A DNA stretch of 64,000 bases from Patescibacteria group bacterium (GTDB taxonomy: Bacteria; Patescibacteriota; Minisyncoccia; Phycocordibacterales; SBAW01), in assembly GCA_028871115.1 (NCBI GenBank), contig JAGWOD010000002.1, positions 2,144-66,143 on the forward strand, written 5' to 3'. Both the position numbers and the translations under genes were made by a program. Of this stretch, positions 19,534-28,509 are shown piece after piece. The notes beneath the pieces are model-generated. The model saw nothing but the letters and a program-made list of their open reading frames with translations. It searched no databases and had not been told where the DNA came from. Positions within the stretch are counted from its first letter, which is position 1; every line of letters starts with the position of its first letter.

Positions 19534-20418
19534 TTATGGGGAGAGCTTCGACTCCGCGTCAAGGAATTCATCGATATCGCCCCCGAGTACCCGATCAGTA
19601 TCGCGCACCTCTACATTGGTGCGATGATCTTTAACGAGTTTATAAGGATGAAGCACATAAGAGCGTATCTGATTGCCCCACTCGATCGAAGTCGCCTTCG
19701 TCGGAGCAAGCCCCTGCTCCTCTTTCTGTCGATCCGCTTCCTGTTTCCGGTACAATTTGCCGCGCAGAAGTTCCATTGCCTTCTCCCGATTGGCGTGCTG
19801 GCTGCGCTCGGAATCAACATGGACCGCGATGCCCGTGGGTGGGTGTACAATTCGCACCGCTGTTTCGCGTTTATTAACATTCTGCCCTCCCGGGCCGCTC
19901 GAGCGAGCGAACTGGATTTCTATTTCTTCAGGAGGAATTTCGAGGTCCTTAGCTTCGGGAAGCTCCGGCACTATTTCAACGAGCACAAAAGAGGTTTGCC
20001 GCAGACTCTTGGCATTAAAGGGAGACTGCCTCACAAGACGATGTACACCAGATTCGTTCTTTAAGATTCCGTATACCCCCTTGCCAGAGATCTCGGCCGA
20101 GAGATTGCGATATCCGCCGTGATCATTTTCATTTTTATGGAGCACGCGCATCCCCCAGCCGCGTCTCTGTGCAAGGCGGGTGTACATCTCAAAAAGCATC
20201 CGAGCAAAATCCTCGGCGTCATCCCCGCCAGCACCCGCAACAACAGAAAAAATTGCATTCCCCTTGTCGTATTTCCCTGCGCCAGAGGCTTCGCTTTTGA
20301 GTTCTTGAAGCTCCTTGATAAGAGAGTGAGCATTTCCTTTGTTACTCCAAAAATCCGCCTGCTGCATGGCGATCTCTATTTCAGCGATACGGCTCTCTCT
20401 CTTCTCTTTGGCGTCCAT
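19534..20418 (-). CDS. prfB: Peptide chain release factor 2 (short form)
   Basis: GVHRLVRQSPF (SPF codon-recognition motif), GPGGQNVN, WGNQIRSYVLHPY..VKD.RT. Confidence 0.88.
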   Translation of the reverse strand: MDAKEKRESRIAEIEIAMQQADFWSNKGNAHSLIKELQELKSEASGAGKYDKGNAIFSVVAGAGGDDAEDFARMLFEMYTRLAQRRGWGMRVLHKNENDHGGYRNLSAEISGKGVYGILKNESGVHRLVRQSPFNAKSLRQTSFVLVEIVPELPEAKDLEIPPEEIEIQFARSSGPGGQNVNKRETAVRIVHPPTGIAVHVDSERSQHANREKAMELLRGKLYRKQEADRQKEEQGLAPTKATSIEWGNQIRSYVLHPYKLVKDHRTNVEVRDTDRVLGGDIDEFLDAESKLSP

Positions 20419-20499
20419 GAAGGCGAGTATAGCATGATCGTTGACTTTTTATTTAAAATCAGTATCGTGCACGGCAGACGCTATAAAGAGAAACAGGGG

Positions 20500-21072
20500 G
20501 TGGCTGTGCTTCAAAGCATCCATAAAAACGACTGGAGCGATTTTCCGTGGAACGTGGAAAAAAAATTCTGGAAGGTGCGAATCTTCGTTGAGGTCTTCTC
20601 GGTTGAGTATAAAACTCCCGCGGAACGCAACGGGGAGTATGCGGGACCACGCGGACCTCTTGGATATCTGCTCGTCAAAAATCTCTATCATTCCGACCCG
20701 AAGTGGCAGTTGCCAGGAGGTCGTAAGTGCAAGGAAGAAAAAACCCCGCTTGAAACTGCGGTCCGGAAAGTGCTTGAGGAGACCGGCATTGGAGCTCCAG
20801 CAGAAAGCTTCTGTCTGGCGAGTTCTGGCGAGTGCGGCGGCAGCAAGCCCTTCCTCTTCACTCTCGGCATGCGGACAGACAATCCACACAGTTTGGGAAG
20901 GGCTGACCTCCCGGAGAGCGTGACGGTGTTCTTTTCCTCAGCACGCTTCTATGACCTGATACGCGAAGGGCAATTCCCCTACACCCATTTTCAAGCGCTG
21001 ATAGATACTGCGACCATTATTCCTCTTGGGGATCCGTGGTCGCAGAAGAAACTTCGACACGCGGCTCTCTAA
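20500..21072 (+). CDS. NUDIX-domain protein
   Basis: WQLPGGRKCKEEKTPLETAVRKVLEETGI Nudix-like box; GTG start inferred after AAACAGGGG, upstream promoter TTGACT-N16-TATCGT (20441-20468). Confidence 0.7.
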   Translation: MAVLQSIHKNDWSDFPWNVEKKFWKVRIFVEVFSVEYKTPAERNGEYAGPRGPLGYLLVKNLYHSDPKWQLPGGRKCKEEKTPLETAVRKVLEETGIGAPAESFCLASSGECGGSKPFLFTLGMRTDNPHSLGRADLPESVTVFFSSARFYDLIREGQFPYTHFQALIDTATIIPLGDPWSQKKLRHAAL

Positions 21073-21089
21073 GAGCCGCGTTTTTCTTT
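21060..21089 (+). terminator. Intrinsic terminator between NUDIX gene and tRNA-Thr
   Basis: CGCGGCTCT-cta-AGAGCCGCG followed by TTTTTCTTT. Confidence 0.8.
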
Positions 21090-21094
21090 GCTTG

Positions 21095-21167
21095 AGCCAG
21101 AGGCCGGGTTCGAACCGGCGACCTGCGGTTTACGATACCGCTGCTCTACCAACTGAGCTACTCTGGC
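21095..21167 (-). tRNA. tRNA-Thr(CGT)
   Basis: GCCAGAG acceptor, GCGGT-ATCGTAA-ACCGC arm, GTTCGAAC; no encoded CCA. Confidence 0.95.
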
Positions 21168-21287
21168 GGAGTCGACCCATGGTAGCGGAGTCAGACCCTT
21201 TTTTCAAACTAAATCCTAACAGCCTGAGCTATGTCGCACATATTTCATGGAATAGAAAGAGATAGACGTCAATTCATGAATCGTTAA

Positions 21288-21313
21288 TGTAAGTTCTGCA
21301 TACTTATAGCGTC
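21288..21313 (+). promoter_or_regulatory. Putative ECF-sigma promoter upstream of response regulator
   Basis: TGTAAG-N16-CGTC. Confidence 0.6.
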
Positions 21314-21357
21314 AGTATCAGTGTTCAGGGCGCATTAATAAGCTAACAACTTATAGT

Positions 21358-22032
21358 ATGCATCTACTTATCGTCGAAGATGAAGAGGGTCTTGCCCAAG
21401 CACTCAAGCGGGGGTTAGAGCTCAAAGGGTATGCGGTCGACTGGCTCTCCAATCCAGAGAAGGCTCGAACCCGTATTCTTCTCTATCGCAATGAATATGA
21501 TCTCGTAATACTTGATCTTATGCTCCCCGGGATTGACGGAGCGACCATTACCAAGACGGTTCGGGAAGAGAACGTAACGACCCCCATTATCATCCTGACC
21601 GCTCGGAACGAGACCGAATATAAGGTGGACCTCCTCAACGCAGGAGCTGACGATTACGTAGTGAAGCCATTCTCTTTCGAGGAGTTGCTCGCGCGCATAG
21701 CCTCCGTTTTGCGCCGGCCGACACTCTCTCAGCCTCTCGTGCTCTCCGCAGGGATCCTTGAAATGGACACTGCAACCCGCACGGTAAAAGCAAAAGGAGT
21801 GTCGATACCTCTTACCCTCAAGGAATACTCTCTTCTTGAGTGTTTTCTCCGCCGACCGAACGAAGTCCTGACGCGGGAAGAACTCTTCAACCGAGTATGG
21901 GATTTCAATTCCCTCTCTTGGAGCAATGTACTCGATGTCCACATGAAAAATCTTCGTAAAAAACTAGGTACCGAACATCATGACGCCCATTTCGAAACAG
22001 TTCGTGGCGTGGGTTACCGGCTGGCGGTCTAG
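21358..22032 (+). CDS. OmpR/PhoB family response regulator
   Basis: LIVEDE, ILDLMLPG, ILTA, GADDY.VKPF, winged helix with TVRGVGY. Confidence 0.95.
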   Translation: MHLLIVEDEEGLAQALKRGLELKGYAVDWLSNPEKARTRILLYRNEYDLVILDLMLPGIDGATITKTVREENVTTPIIILTARNETEYKVDLLNAGADDYVVKPFSFEELLARIASVLRRPTLSQPLVLSAGILEMDTATRTVKAKGVSIPLTLKEYSLLECFLRRPNEVLTREELFNRVWDFNSLSWSNVLDVHMKNLRKKLGTEHHDAHFETVRGVGYRLAV

Positions 22033-23116
22033 CTACGCGGGTCTCTACCGGGATAATATATTCCTGAGAACTGCGCTCTATGTCGTGGCGCTTCAGGTAG
22101 CCCTGGTTATTGTCTCCGTGGCCGCCTTCTCGGTTGCACTCCACTACACCAACCAGCAGATCATCAATGCGGTCATCGCCCACGCACCCTCCTCCTTCGT
22201 GGGTTCGCAGGCACAAAGCCTTCCCGACTCGATAAATGCCATACAGCAGCAGACCGTGCGCTACGTCTTCGCAGGCGTAGTGACCGTCGCGGCGCTCTTC
22301 GGGGCACTTCTCGCCTATGTAACCTTACGCCCGGCGCGCACGAGCCTTCATTATCAAAAGCTCTTCATCAGCAATGTCGCCCATGAGCTGCGCACACCGC
22401 TCTCAACGATAAAGACCTCGGCCGAGGTCGGGCTTCTTGATACCACACTCTCCCCCTCCGCACGTAAAGCCCTCACCGACACTGTGAGCGAGCTCGATCG
22501 CATCTCGGAGATCATAAACAACCTTCTCTCTCTTAACCGCCTCCTGCGTCCTGAGCGTATGGAGTTCCAGAACGTTGACCTCGGTCCCCTCATCGATAGG
22601 GTCGTCGGTCGGCTCTCTGCCCTCGCAAACGAACGAGGTGTCGAAGTAATCGTGCGCAAAAACGACTACGGCACCGTCTGGGGCAACCCTGGAGCGCTTG
22701 AGCAGGTGCTCACCAATATCCTCAAGAATGCTGTAAGCTACACACCAAAGGATCGGGGCGGGCTCGTGACCGTTTCATTAGCGCCCAATTACCGGGGAGC
22801 GGTCGTATTCTCGGTTGCCGATAATGGCATTGGCATCTCTCAGCATGACCTCTTTCATATTTTTGAACCGTTCTACCGGGCGGACCTCTCCCGGACACGT
22901 AACATCAAGAAAAGCGGCTCGGGATTGGGGCTTGCTATCGTCAACGAGATTGTACGGGTACACCGTGGAAAAATACATATTCAAAGCGCCCCTAGCAAAG
23001 GAACCACGGTGTCGGTCATATTGCCGACAGGCACCACACCCTCAGGAGAACTCGAGGCCCGGGGTCCCAAAGAGAATTTAAGTGAGGTATCTATAGATTT
23101 CTCAAGAGGGTTATAG
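21980..23116 (+). CDS. Membrane sensor histidine kinase
   Basis: 2 TM, HELRTPL H-box, NILKNA N-box, DNGIGI, IFEPFYR, GSGLGL; start uncertain, overlaps RR 3' end. Confidence 0.93.
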   Translation: MTPISKQFVAWVTGWRSSYAGLYRDNIFLRTALYVVALQVALVIVSVAAFSVALHYTNQQIINAVIAHAPSSFVGSQAQSLPDSINAIQQQTVRYVFAGVVTVAALFGALLAYVTLRPARTSLHYQKLFISNVAHELRTPLSTIKTSAEVGLLDTTLSPSARKALTDTVSELDRISEIINNLLSLNRLLRPERMEFQNVDLGPLIDRVVGRLSALANERGVEVIVRKNDYGTVWGNPGALEQVLTNILKNAVSYTPKDRGGLVTVSLAPNYRGAVVFSVADNGIGISQHDLFHIFEPFYRADLSRTRNIKKSGSGLGLAIVNEIVRVHRGKIHIQSAPSKGTTVSVILPTGTTPSGELEARGPKENLSEVSIDFSRGL

Positions 23117-23326
23117 TTTTGCGTTCACAAAAGCTTCAGCACGGACCAGGTAGAGTGGACACCGTCAGCGCACATGCGCGGCATGCGGCAAAAAGGAGCG
23201 CAATGCGCCGCCGCCTCTGCACAGGGAGAGCTAGTCACTCTCGCGCTGGACGTCACACGAGAGTGCCTCGCACACGGTCCATTATCCGCTCTTAAGCAAG
23301 GACACTATGCGAGAAAAGATGGTTTA

Positions 23327-23376
23327 GCCGAGGAGGCCGTAGCGCTTAACAACAACAAGCGAACGGCCTCCTCGGC
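23327..23376. repeat. Long GC-rich inverted repeat/hairpin
   Basis: GCCGAGGAGGCCGT (23327-23340) / ACGGCCTCCTCGGC (23363-23376) plus inner CGCTT/AAGCG stem; no U tract. Confidence 0.8.
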
Positions 23377-23417
23377 GTACAGACCCCTCAAATTTGAAAC
23401 AGACCCTGTTAAATTTG

Positions 23418-23490
23418 AGCCGATGGACGGAATCGAACCGTCGACCTACGCCTTACCATGGCGTTGCTCTACCATCTGAGCTACATCGGC
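23418..23490 (-). tRNA. tRNA-Thr(GGT)
   Basis: GCCGATG acceptor, ACGCC-ATGGTAA-GGCGT arm, GTTCGATTC; no encoded CCA. Confidence 0.95.
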
Positions 23491-23537
23491 ACTACGTATT
23501 CGTAACTTACACAAAGTACAACAAAACGTTCAAAAAT

Positions 23538-23570
23538 AAAACCTGCCGATCATTATGCCGGCAGGTTTTT
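23538..23570. terminator. Intrinsic terminator downstream of gene 23592-24335
   Basis: AAAACCTGCCG...CGGCAGGTTTT. Confidence 0.75.
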
Positions 23571-23591
23571 ACATATCGATTTAAAAGTAGA

Positions 23592-24335
23592 TCAGCTTGA
23601 AGTGGTTGCGCTTGTTTGCGCTGTCGTCGAGGCGGTGACTGCTGCAATGAGATTCTCTTGCATTACGGTGCGCATCGCGGCGAGGAGAATTGCCTGCTCA
23701 TGGGCTGAGAGCTCTGTGCTGCTTGATAACTCAGTGCCGAGAACGGTATGCGCAGTTGCTGCAAGCTGAAGTCCTAGAGCCGATTGGTTTGTAGCAAGAA
23801 GAAAGCTGTACCAGGGATAACGCACATTGACTGCGCCGCTCTCTGAGACCGTGGCATAGGCAGGCACGGTGACCGGAATGAATCCGAGAAAATAGGCAGG
23901 TTGATCATAGTCGATCGAAACAGAGCTTGTGCTGAGCTGTGCTGCGCCCATGTGTTCATCCTTGGTAATAAGTCCACTCGCATATGCGCTGAGCGCCTCT
24001 TCGGAAGTCACTGACGCGAGAGGAACCGAAGCGGTTGACGTGCTTGTGCTCGCAGTAAGGCTTGAGCGAGTAATTAAAATGAGAGGATTGTCGGCGCTTG
24101 ACCCTGAAGAGACAGAGACACCCGCCGAGGTGTTCACTGCAGCATTTGAGGTACTGTTTAGAGCGATTGCCCCGCCATCTCCACTACCTACAACACTCAC
24201 CGTCATAGATCCACTGGTTACGTCGGTAAGTCCTAGACCATATTCAGATTGGGCATAGGCCGGTATGGCCGGGAGAAGTCCCAAGAGTAGTACAATGCCG
24301 ATCCAAAAATATTCAAACTGTGAATGCGTCTTCAT
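23592..24335 (-). CDS. Secreted Ser/Thr/Ala-rich hypothetical protein
   Basis: Signal peptide (..PAIPAYA-Q), low-complexity S/T segments, FLGFIPV...V.YPWY.FL motif; start trimmed to MKTHS. Confidence 0.7.
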   Translation of the reverse strand: MKTHSQFEYFWIGIVLLLGLLPAIPAYAQSEYGLGLTDVTSGSMTVSVVGSGDGGAIALNSTSNAAVNTSAGVSVSSGSSADNPLILITRSSLTASTSTSTASVPLASVTSEEALSAYASGLITKDEHMGAAQLSTSSVSIDYDQPAYFLGFIPVTVPAYATVSESGAVNVRYPWYSFLLATNQSALGLQLAATAHTVLGTELSSSTELSAHEQAILLAAMRTVMQENLIAAVTASTTAQTSATTSS

Positions 24336-24403
24336 AACCAAAATTGCCCTTACTATTGCTCGATATTGTATTGCTCCTGAGCGTATATCGAGATAAGTAT
24401 GTA

Positions 24404-24429
24404 GACGTGGGGTCTTCTCCTTTCTTACG
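24404..24429 (-). promoter_or_regulatory. Putative ECF-sigma promoter for gene 23592-24335
   Basis: Minus strand CGTAAG-N16-CGTC. Confidence 0.6.
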
Positions 24430-24447
24430 GGTTTCTTCAGGTAGCTA

Positions 24448-24473
24448 AGTAAGTCATGAATGAATGAGACGTC
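24448..24473 (+). promoter_or_regulatory. Putative ECF-sigma promoter for the peptidoglycan-binding protein
   Basis: AGTAAG-N16-CGTC. Confidence 0.6.
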
Positions 24474-24527
24474 TTCTCCTGTGTGCGAGGTCGATATTAT
24501 CAACATGCAAAGAGCATCTCAAAATTT

Positions 24528-25169
24528 ATGAAAACGCGAATTGTTCTTTCAGGCCTTACGGCGCTCGCCATGACTCTTGTAGTCGCAGGCACCGCATCGG
24601 CAGCAACGCTAACGAATCAGCTCGACATCGGTTCACAGGGCAGTGACGTTATCGCGCTGCAGCAGTATCTCGCGCAATATCCCAACATCTACCCACAGGG
24701 ACTTGTAACGGGCTACTATGGTTCGCTCACCGCACAAGCGGTTGCGAACTGGCAGCAAGCGAACGGCCTTCCTTCGGTCGGTCGGGTGGGTCCGCTCACT
24801 CTCGCCGCTCTCAATACGGCGATGGCGAGTTTCGTTTCTACCGATAATCTGACATCGACGGGCTCGCTTTCGCTTGCAAATGTCTCCGCTCCCGTTATGA
24901 GCCCGGAGGCAGTTGCGACGACCAGCACGTCGGCGACCATTTCCTGGACGACCGATAAGCCGGCCCATGATCGCGTCATGTACGGCACTGTGTGGCCCTT
25001 CCTCTATGCCACCGCGCCGAGTACCTCCAACCCTTCCTTCGGCACAACAGCGAACGTGACGATAACAGGTCTTCAGCCGAATACACTCTACTATTACGTA
25101 CGTGAGTCGGTTGATGCCTTCGGGAACGTGCAGTGGACGGTAGTACATACCTTTACCACAGCTTCCTAA
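24528..25169 (+). CDS. Secreted protein with PG_binding_1 domain and C-terminal FN3/Ig-like domain
   Basis: Signal peptide; L.IGSQG.DV..LQ.YL...TGYYG.LT..AV..WQ...GL..VG.VGP.T; ATISWTTD...V.YG...ITGLQPNTLYYY. Confidence 0.85.
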   Translation: MKTRIVLSGLTALAMTLVVAGTASAATLTNQLDIGSQGSDVIALQQYLAQYPNIYPQGLVTGYYGSLTAQAVANWQQANGLPSVGRVGPLTLAALNTAMASFVSTDNLTSTGSLSLANVSAPVMSPEAVATTSTSATISWTTDKPAHDRVMYGTVWPFLYATAPSTSNPSFGTTANVTITGLQPNTLYYYVRESVDAFGNVQWTVVHTFTTAS

Positions 25170-25188
25170 GCCAGGAGATACCACAGAT

Positions 25189-25222
25189 GTAAAATGCCGT
25201 CCCATAAAGGACGGCATTTTAC
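25189..25222. terminator. Bidirectional terminator between convergent genes
   Basis: GTAAAATGCCGTCC-cataaa-GGACGGCATTTTAC. Confidence 0.85.
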
Positions 25223-25241
25223 TGGAGTACTTTTACAAACC

Positions 25242-26768
25242 CTAAAGAGAGATGGAGGAGTGGCCAACTGGAACAGTGATAGAGGGAAGAATACTGCTTC
25301 CGCCGCTACTTTGAGAAGAGCTCCCTCCCCCTGAGGAAGAGTCACCAACAGAAGAAGGGCTTACTGGAGTAGTGACAGAGGGGCCAGTACTACCTGAAAC
25401 AGCACTATCCGAAGAGGTCGATTCATTCTTATTTGGCAGAGAGGTAGTGCTTGAGCTAGAGGCAACGGAAGAAACATTTATTATTTGAAGCGAAGAAGAA
25501 CTCTCAATGGTGGGGGTGAGATAGAGTGGTGTACTAGTGCTACCTAAGGGGCCCTCATCTCCATACTCAGAAGATGAGGAAGCGGTAGGAGTAGAGGTAG
25601 ATACCGGTATACTCCTGTTAAATTCTCGACCATTTTTACTTCTGCGAGTACCGCTGACAGAGTTACTAGTGGTGGAGGTACTTTCTTGTTCCCCGGTGAT
25701 AATATCCCCAAGAAGAGATGGCAAAAGTTTAGCATTTGGAAATTGTTCATCGGCCTTAAAGAACGTACCGAGCTCTACCCCGGTCGCAAGTGCTTGCTGA
25801 TAGTGTATGAGTGCCTCTGTAGTGGAGCCTGAAGCGGCAGCATTGTTTCCGGCAGAGAGATTTTGCTCTGCTTCAGAGAGGTAGGTAGTGATCTGGGCGC
25901 TTGTTGAAGCATCGAAATACGTTTGCACTTTGTCATACTCATTTTGAGCAGCGTCGACATTCTCTTGTGCCTGGTCCCTCAAATCACTGGCGGCTTCTGC
26001 GTCAATCGTAGTGGAGGAGGTGGAACTTGTGGTGCTAGTGCTCAATGTACTCTCCTTAGTGGTGCTTGAAGCATGCATCGCTGCAGAAAAAACATTTGTA
26101 CCAATATCCTGAAGCGAGAGGTGGAGCGCTAGATCAGCGCTATCCCGCGCATGGGCGGCCAGAGCATCCGAATTTTCCTTGGTCGATTGATTGCCTTGAT
26201 CCTCCCCTATCTGAGTGAGTACTTCACCTTCCGCGCGCAATGAGACTCCGAGAGTCGAAGAAAGCCCTGCGGCAGAAGGGTCACCGCTTGCTTGCAATTG
26301 CTGGGTAATAGCAATCGCTTGATTCATATGTGTATCAAAATTGTCAGCAAGCTCCCCTTCTGTTGAAGTACTAAGCCTTCCTTGAGACGCGAGTTCTTGG
26401 GCCTCCTGCAGCCGCTCCTGTGCTACTTCCGCGTTCCATTGCGCCTTAGCTGTAGGAGTAACCGCGAAGGCTCCGCGTACTGGCTCATCCACATGTATCT
26501 TTACCGGGTAGAGCAAATCTCCGGGAAGCGATCCTTGCGCCGCGTAGGCAGTACCTCCCATGAGCAATATTGCCGCGAGCGCACCTGAGGAAAGTGCCGT
26601 TGCCCGAGGAAAGCGGCGTATAAAAATTGAGTAAGGTGAGGGGGTTGCAGCATATGTGGGCACAGGACTTATTGCCGCCTCAAGCGCGCTACGCATAGCT
26701 CCCTTCTCCCCTCTAGTAAGGCGGAATTTTGAAGCTTCGTTTTTCAAATGTCGTTGTAGACGGTTCAT
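25242..26768 (-). CDS. DUF5667-like membrane protein with Ser/Thr-rich tail (candidate anti-sigma factor)
   Basis: TM then AYAAQGSLPGDLLYPVKI.V.E...A..RL.EA (DUF5667 signature); 11 nt downstream of the ECF sigma. Confidence 0.8.
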   Translation of the reverse strand: MNRLQRHLKNEASKFRLTRGEKGAMRSALEAAISPVPTYAATPSPYSIFIRRFPRATALSSGALAAILLMGGTAYAAQGSLPGDLLYPVKIHVDEPVRGAFAVTPTAKAQWNAEVAQERLQEAQELASQGRLSTSTEGELADNFDTHMNQAIAITQQLQASGDPSAAGLSSTLGVSLRAEGEVLTQIGEDQGNQSTKENSDALAAHARDSADLALHLSLQDIGTNVFSAAMHASSTTKESTLSTSTTSSTSSTTIDAEAASDLRDQAQENVDAAQNEYDKVQTYFDASTSAQITTYLSEAEQNLSAGNNAAASGSTTEALIHYQQALATGVELGTFFKADEQFPNAKLLPSLLGDIITGEQESTSTTSNSVSGTRRSKNGREFNRSIPVSTSTPTASSSSEYGDEGPLGSTSTPLYLTPTIESSSSLQIINVSSVASSSSTTSLPNKNESTSSDSAVSGSTGPSVTTPVSPSSVGDSSSGGGSSSQSSGGSSILPSITVPVGHSSISL

Positions 26769-26779
26769 AGTAGTGTAGA

Positions 26780-27310
26780 TTATTGCTCGAGCATCTCTCT
26801 CAATTTTTTGAGCCCCCGGTGGATACGGACGGATACGGTATTTTCACTTTCGTTGATGTGCCCCGCAATCTCCTGAGGAGAAAGACCATCGATGTAGCGC
26901 AGGGTAATAACCGTGCGGTAATTGTCTGGCAGCTGCCGCAAAGCGGCAACCGCGCGTGAGGCATCGAAACGTATCATGGCTTCCTCTAGTCCATCAGAGT
27001 CATCGCGCAGAAGTATACCTTCAAGCTGGACGCCGCTCTCATCGCTCTCAAGAAGTGCATCGAGCGACTGCGATTTCTGTTTACGATATTCGTCCACAAT
27101 AAGGTTGTTGAGAGTGCGGTAGAGGAATGAACGATACTGGCGAATCTCCTCTCCCCGAGACACATACTCCCATGCGCGCAGAAAGGCCTCCTGGGTAAGT
27201 TCGAGTGCCCGTTCACGCTCAGAAATGCGCATGAGGCAATGTCGAAAGAGCTCATCCGAATGCTTTTCGAATACTTCCTGGAACTCTCGTTTCAGGTCGT
27301 TATGCTCCAT
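26780..27310 (-). CDS. ECF-family RNA polymerase sigma factor
   Basis: Region 2 (ALELTQEAFLRAW, SFLYRTLNNLIVDEYRK) and region 4 (LP..YR.VI.LRY..GLS..EIA...NTV.VR.HRG). Confidence 0.93.
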   Translation of the reverse strand: MEHNDLKREFQEVFEKHSDELFRHCLMRISERERALELTQEAFLRAWEYVSRGEEIRQYRSFLYRTLNNLIVDEYRKQKSQSLDALLESDESGVQLEGILLRDDSDGLEEAMIRFDASRAVAALRQLPDNYRTVITLRYIDGLSPQEIAGHINESENTVSVRIHRGLKKLREMLEQ

Positions 27311-27317
27311 AGGGGTT

Positions 27318-27343
27318 GACGGGTGACGATACGTATTCTTGCA
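27318..27343 (-). promoter_or_regulatory. Putative autoregulatory ECF promoter
   Basis: Minus strand TGCAAG-N16-CGTC, 7 nt upstream of the sigma ATG. Confidence 0.65.
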
Positions 27344-27429
27344 TACGTACCAGGCACCCCGCTAGGGCTCAGTATATACCGCCTGAAGGGAATGAGGCGA
27401 CCTAATTGGCGACAGTTCTATAAGGGAGA

Positions 27430-28425
27430 TTAGTGACTCAAAGTCACAAAATCATTGGCAGTTACACTGTTGAAATTGCATGGATTTGCGTCACGGTAGG
27501 CCTTCGTAAGGATCATGTCTCCAGGAGTTGCACCGTACTGAGCAAAAGTTTCGAGTACATTCGCAGACATATGATTGAATATTGAATCAAGTTCCATATT
27601 GTAGATTCCATTCGATCCAACATATTTTTCAAGTCCGATATCAAATGTTTGCAGCGGCGGCTCAATATCGGCATATCCTATTAAATCTCCTGCATGAACA
27701 TGAGTCCCAACGGCGATAGATGGAAGTGGGTTCAAATGGAAGAAAATAATATTCCATACGTTGGGCGGTGGGTTGCCGCCGTACCCTGGATCAGAAGAAT
27801 CATCTATCCACACTTGTTGTCCTATAGGAGTCTGCTCGGTAAACATTTTTACTACCGTGCCATCGAACGGTGCATATTCTGCAATCTGATCCTTGGTACC
27901 ACCATAGGCAGGCAGTGGCATAAAATAGTGCTTCATTGAACGATTTGTTTCCATTACACCCTGCACATCAAGGCCACTATAGTCATGACCCGCACAGCTA
28001 CGGAATGTGCTGATCGAAGAAATCTTAGATAAATCGACCGGTGTAACAACGATAAAGTCCTCATTTAATGAGGCGGAAGGTGCCTGGGTTTGCGTTTGTG
28101 TCGTTTGTTGCGATTGTACCTGTTGATTTGGTTTTGTTTGTTGCACTGACATGAGTGTTTGAAGCTCCACACATGCAGGAGGCATCCCCGAATTGCTGCA
28201 GGCTGAAACACATGATGCCATATCACTGCAACCAATTTGTTGCATGAGTTCGGCAACGGAAGAGCTTGGTGTCGCTTGGGTTGAGGGTGTCGTGTTTGGT
28301 AATGTGGTTGTCGAGGACTGCACACTACTTTGAGTGATGGGTGGAATATTTTGGGGTTGGTGAAAACCAAATAATCCTGCAAAAAATATACCTATAGATA
28401 CAACAACACTTCCAAACCAGGACAT
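27430..28425 (-). CDS. Secreted hypothetical protein with degenerate M23/LytM-like C-terminal fold
   Basis: N-terminal TM, Q/T/S linker, 4-Cys motif, YAPFDGTV...FFHL...VG..V.AGD.IG. Confidence 0.55.
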   Translation of the reverse strand: MSWFGSVVVSIGIFFAGLFGFHQPQNIPPITQSSVQSSTTTLPNTTPSTQATPSSSVAELMQQIGCSDMASCVSACSNSGMPPACVELQTLMSVQQTKPNQQVQSQQTTQTQTQAPSASLNEDFIVVTPVDLSKISSISTFRSCAGHDYSGLDVQGVMETNRSMKHYFMPLPAYGGTKDQIAEYAPFDGTVVKMFTEQTPIGQQVWIDDSSDPGYGGNPPPNVWNIIFFHLNPLPSIAVGTHVHAGDLIGYADIEPPLQTFDIGLEKYVGSNGIYNMELDSIFNHMSANVLETFAQYGATPGDMILTKAYRDANPCNFNSVTANDFVTLSH

Positions 28426-28509
28426 ACAGAAATTGTAGCATCCCTTAGCTCAACCTAGTGGACAATGTTGGAAACAAGGCCTGAAAAAACAGAACCACTT
28501 TCCACATCC

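Noticed and set aside
19534-20418. Alternative genetic code (TGA recoded, as in Gracilibacteria/Absconditabacteria)
   Set aside because: Conserved genes are full length under code 11, several end in TGA, and an SPF-type RF2 is present.
23174-23479. 101-aa ORF
   Set aside because: It overlaps tRNA-Thr antisense and the long hairpin and has no recognisable motif.
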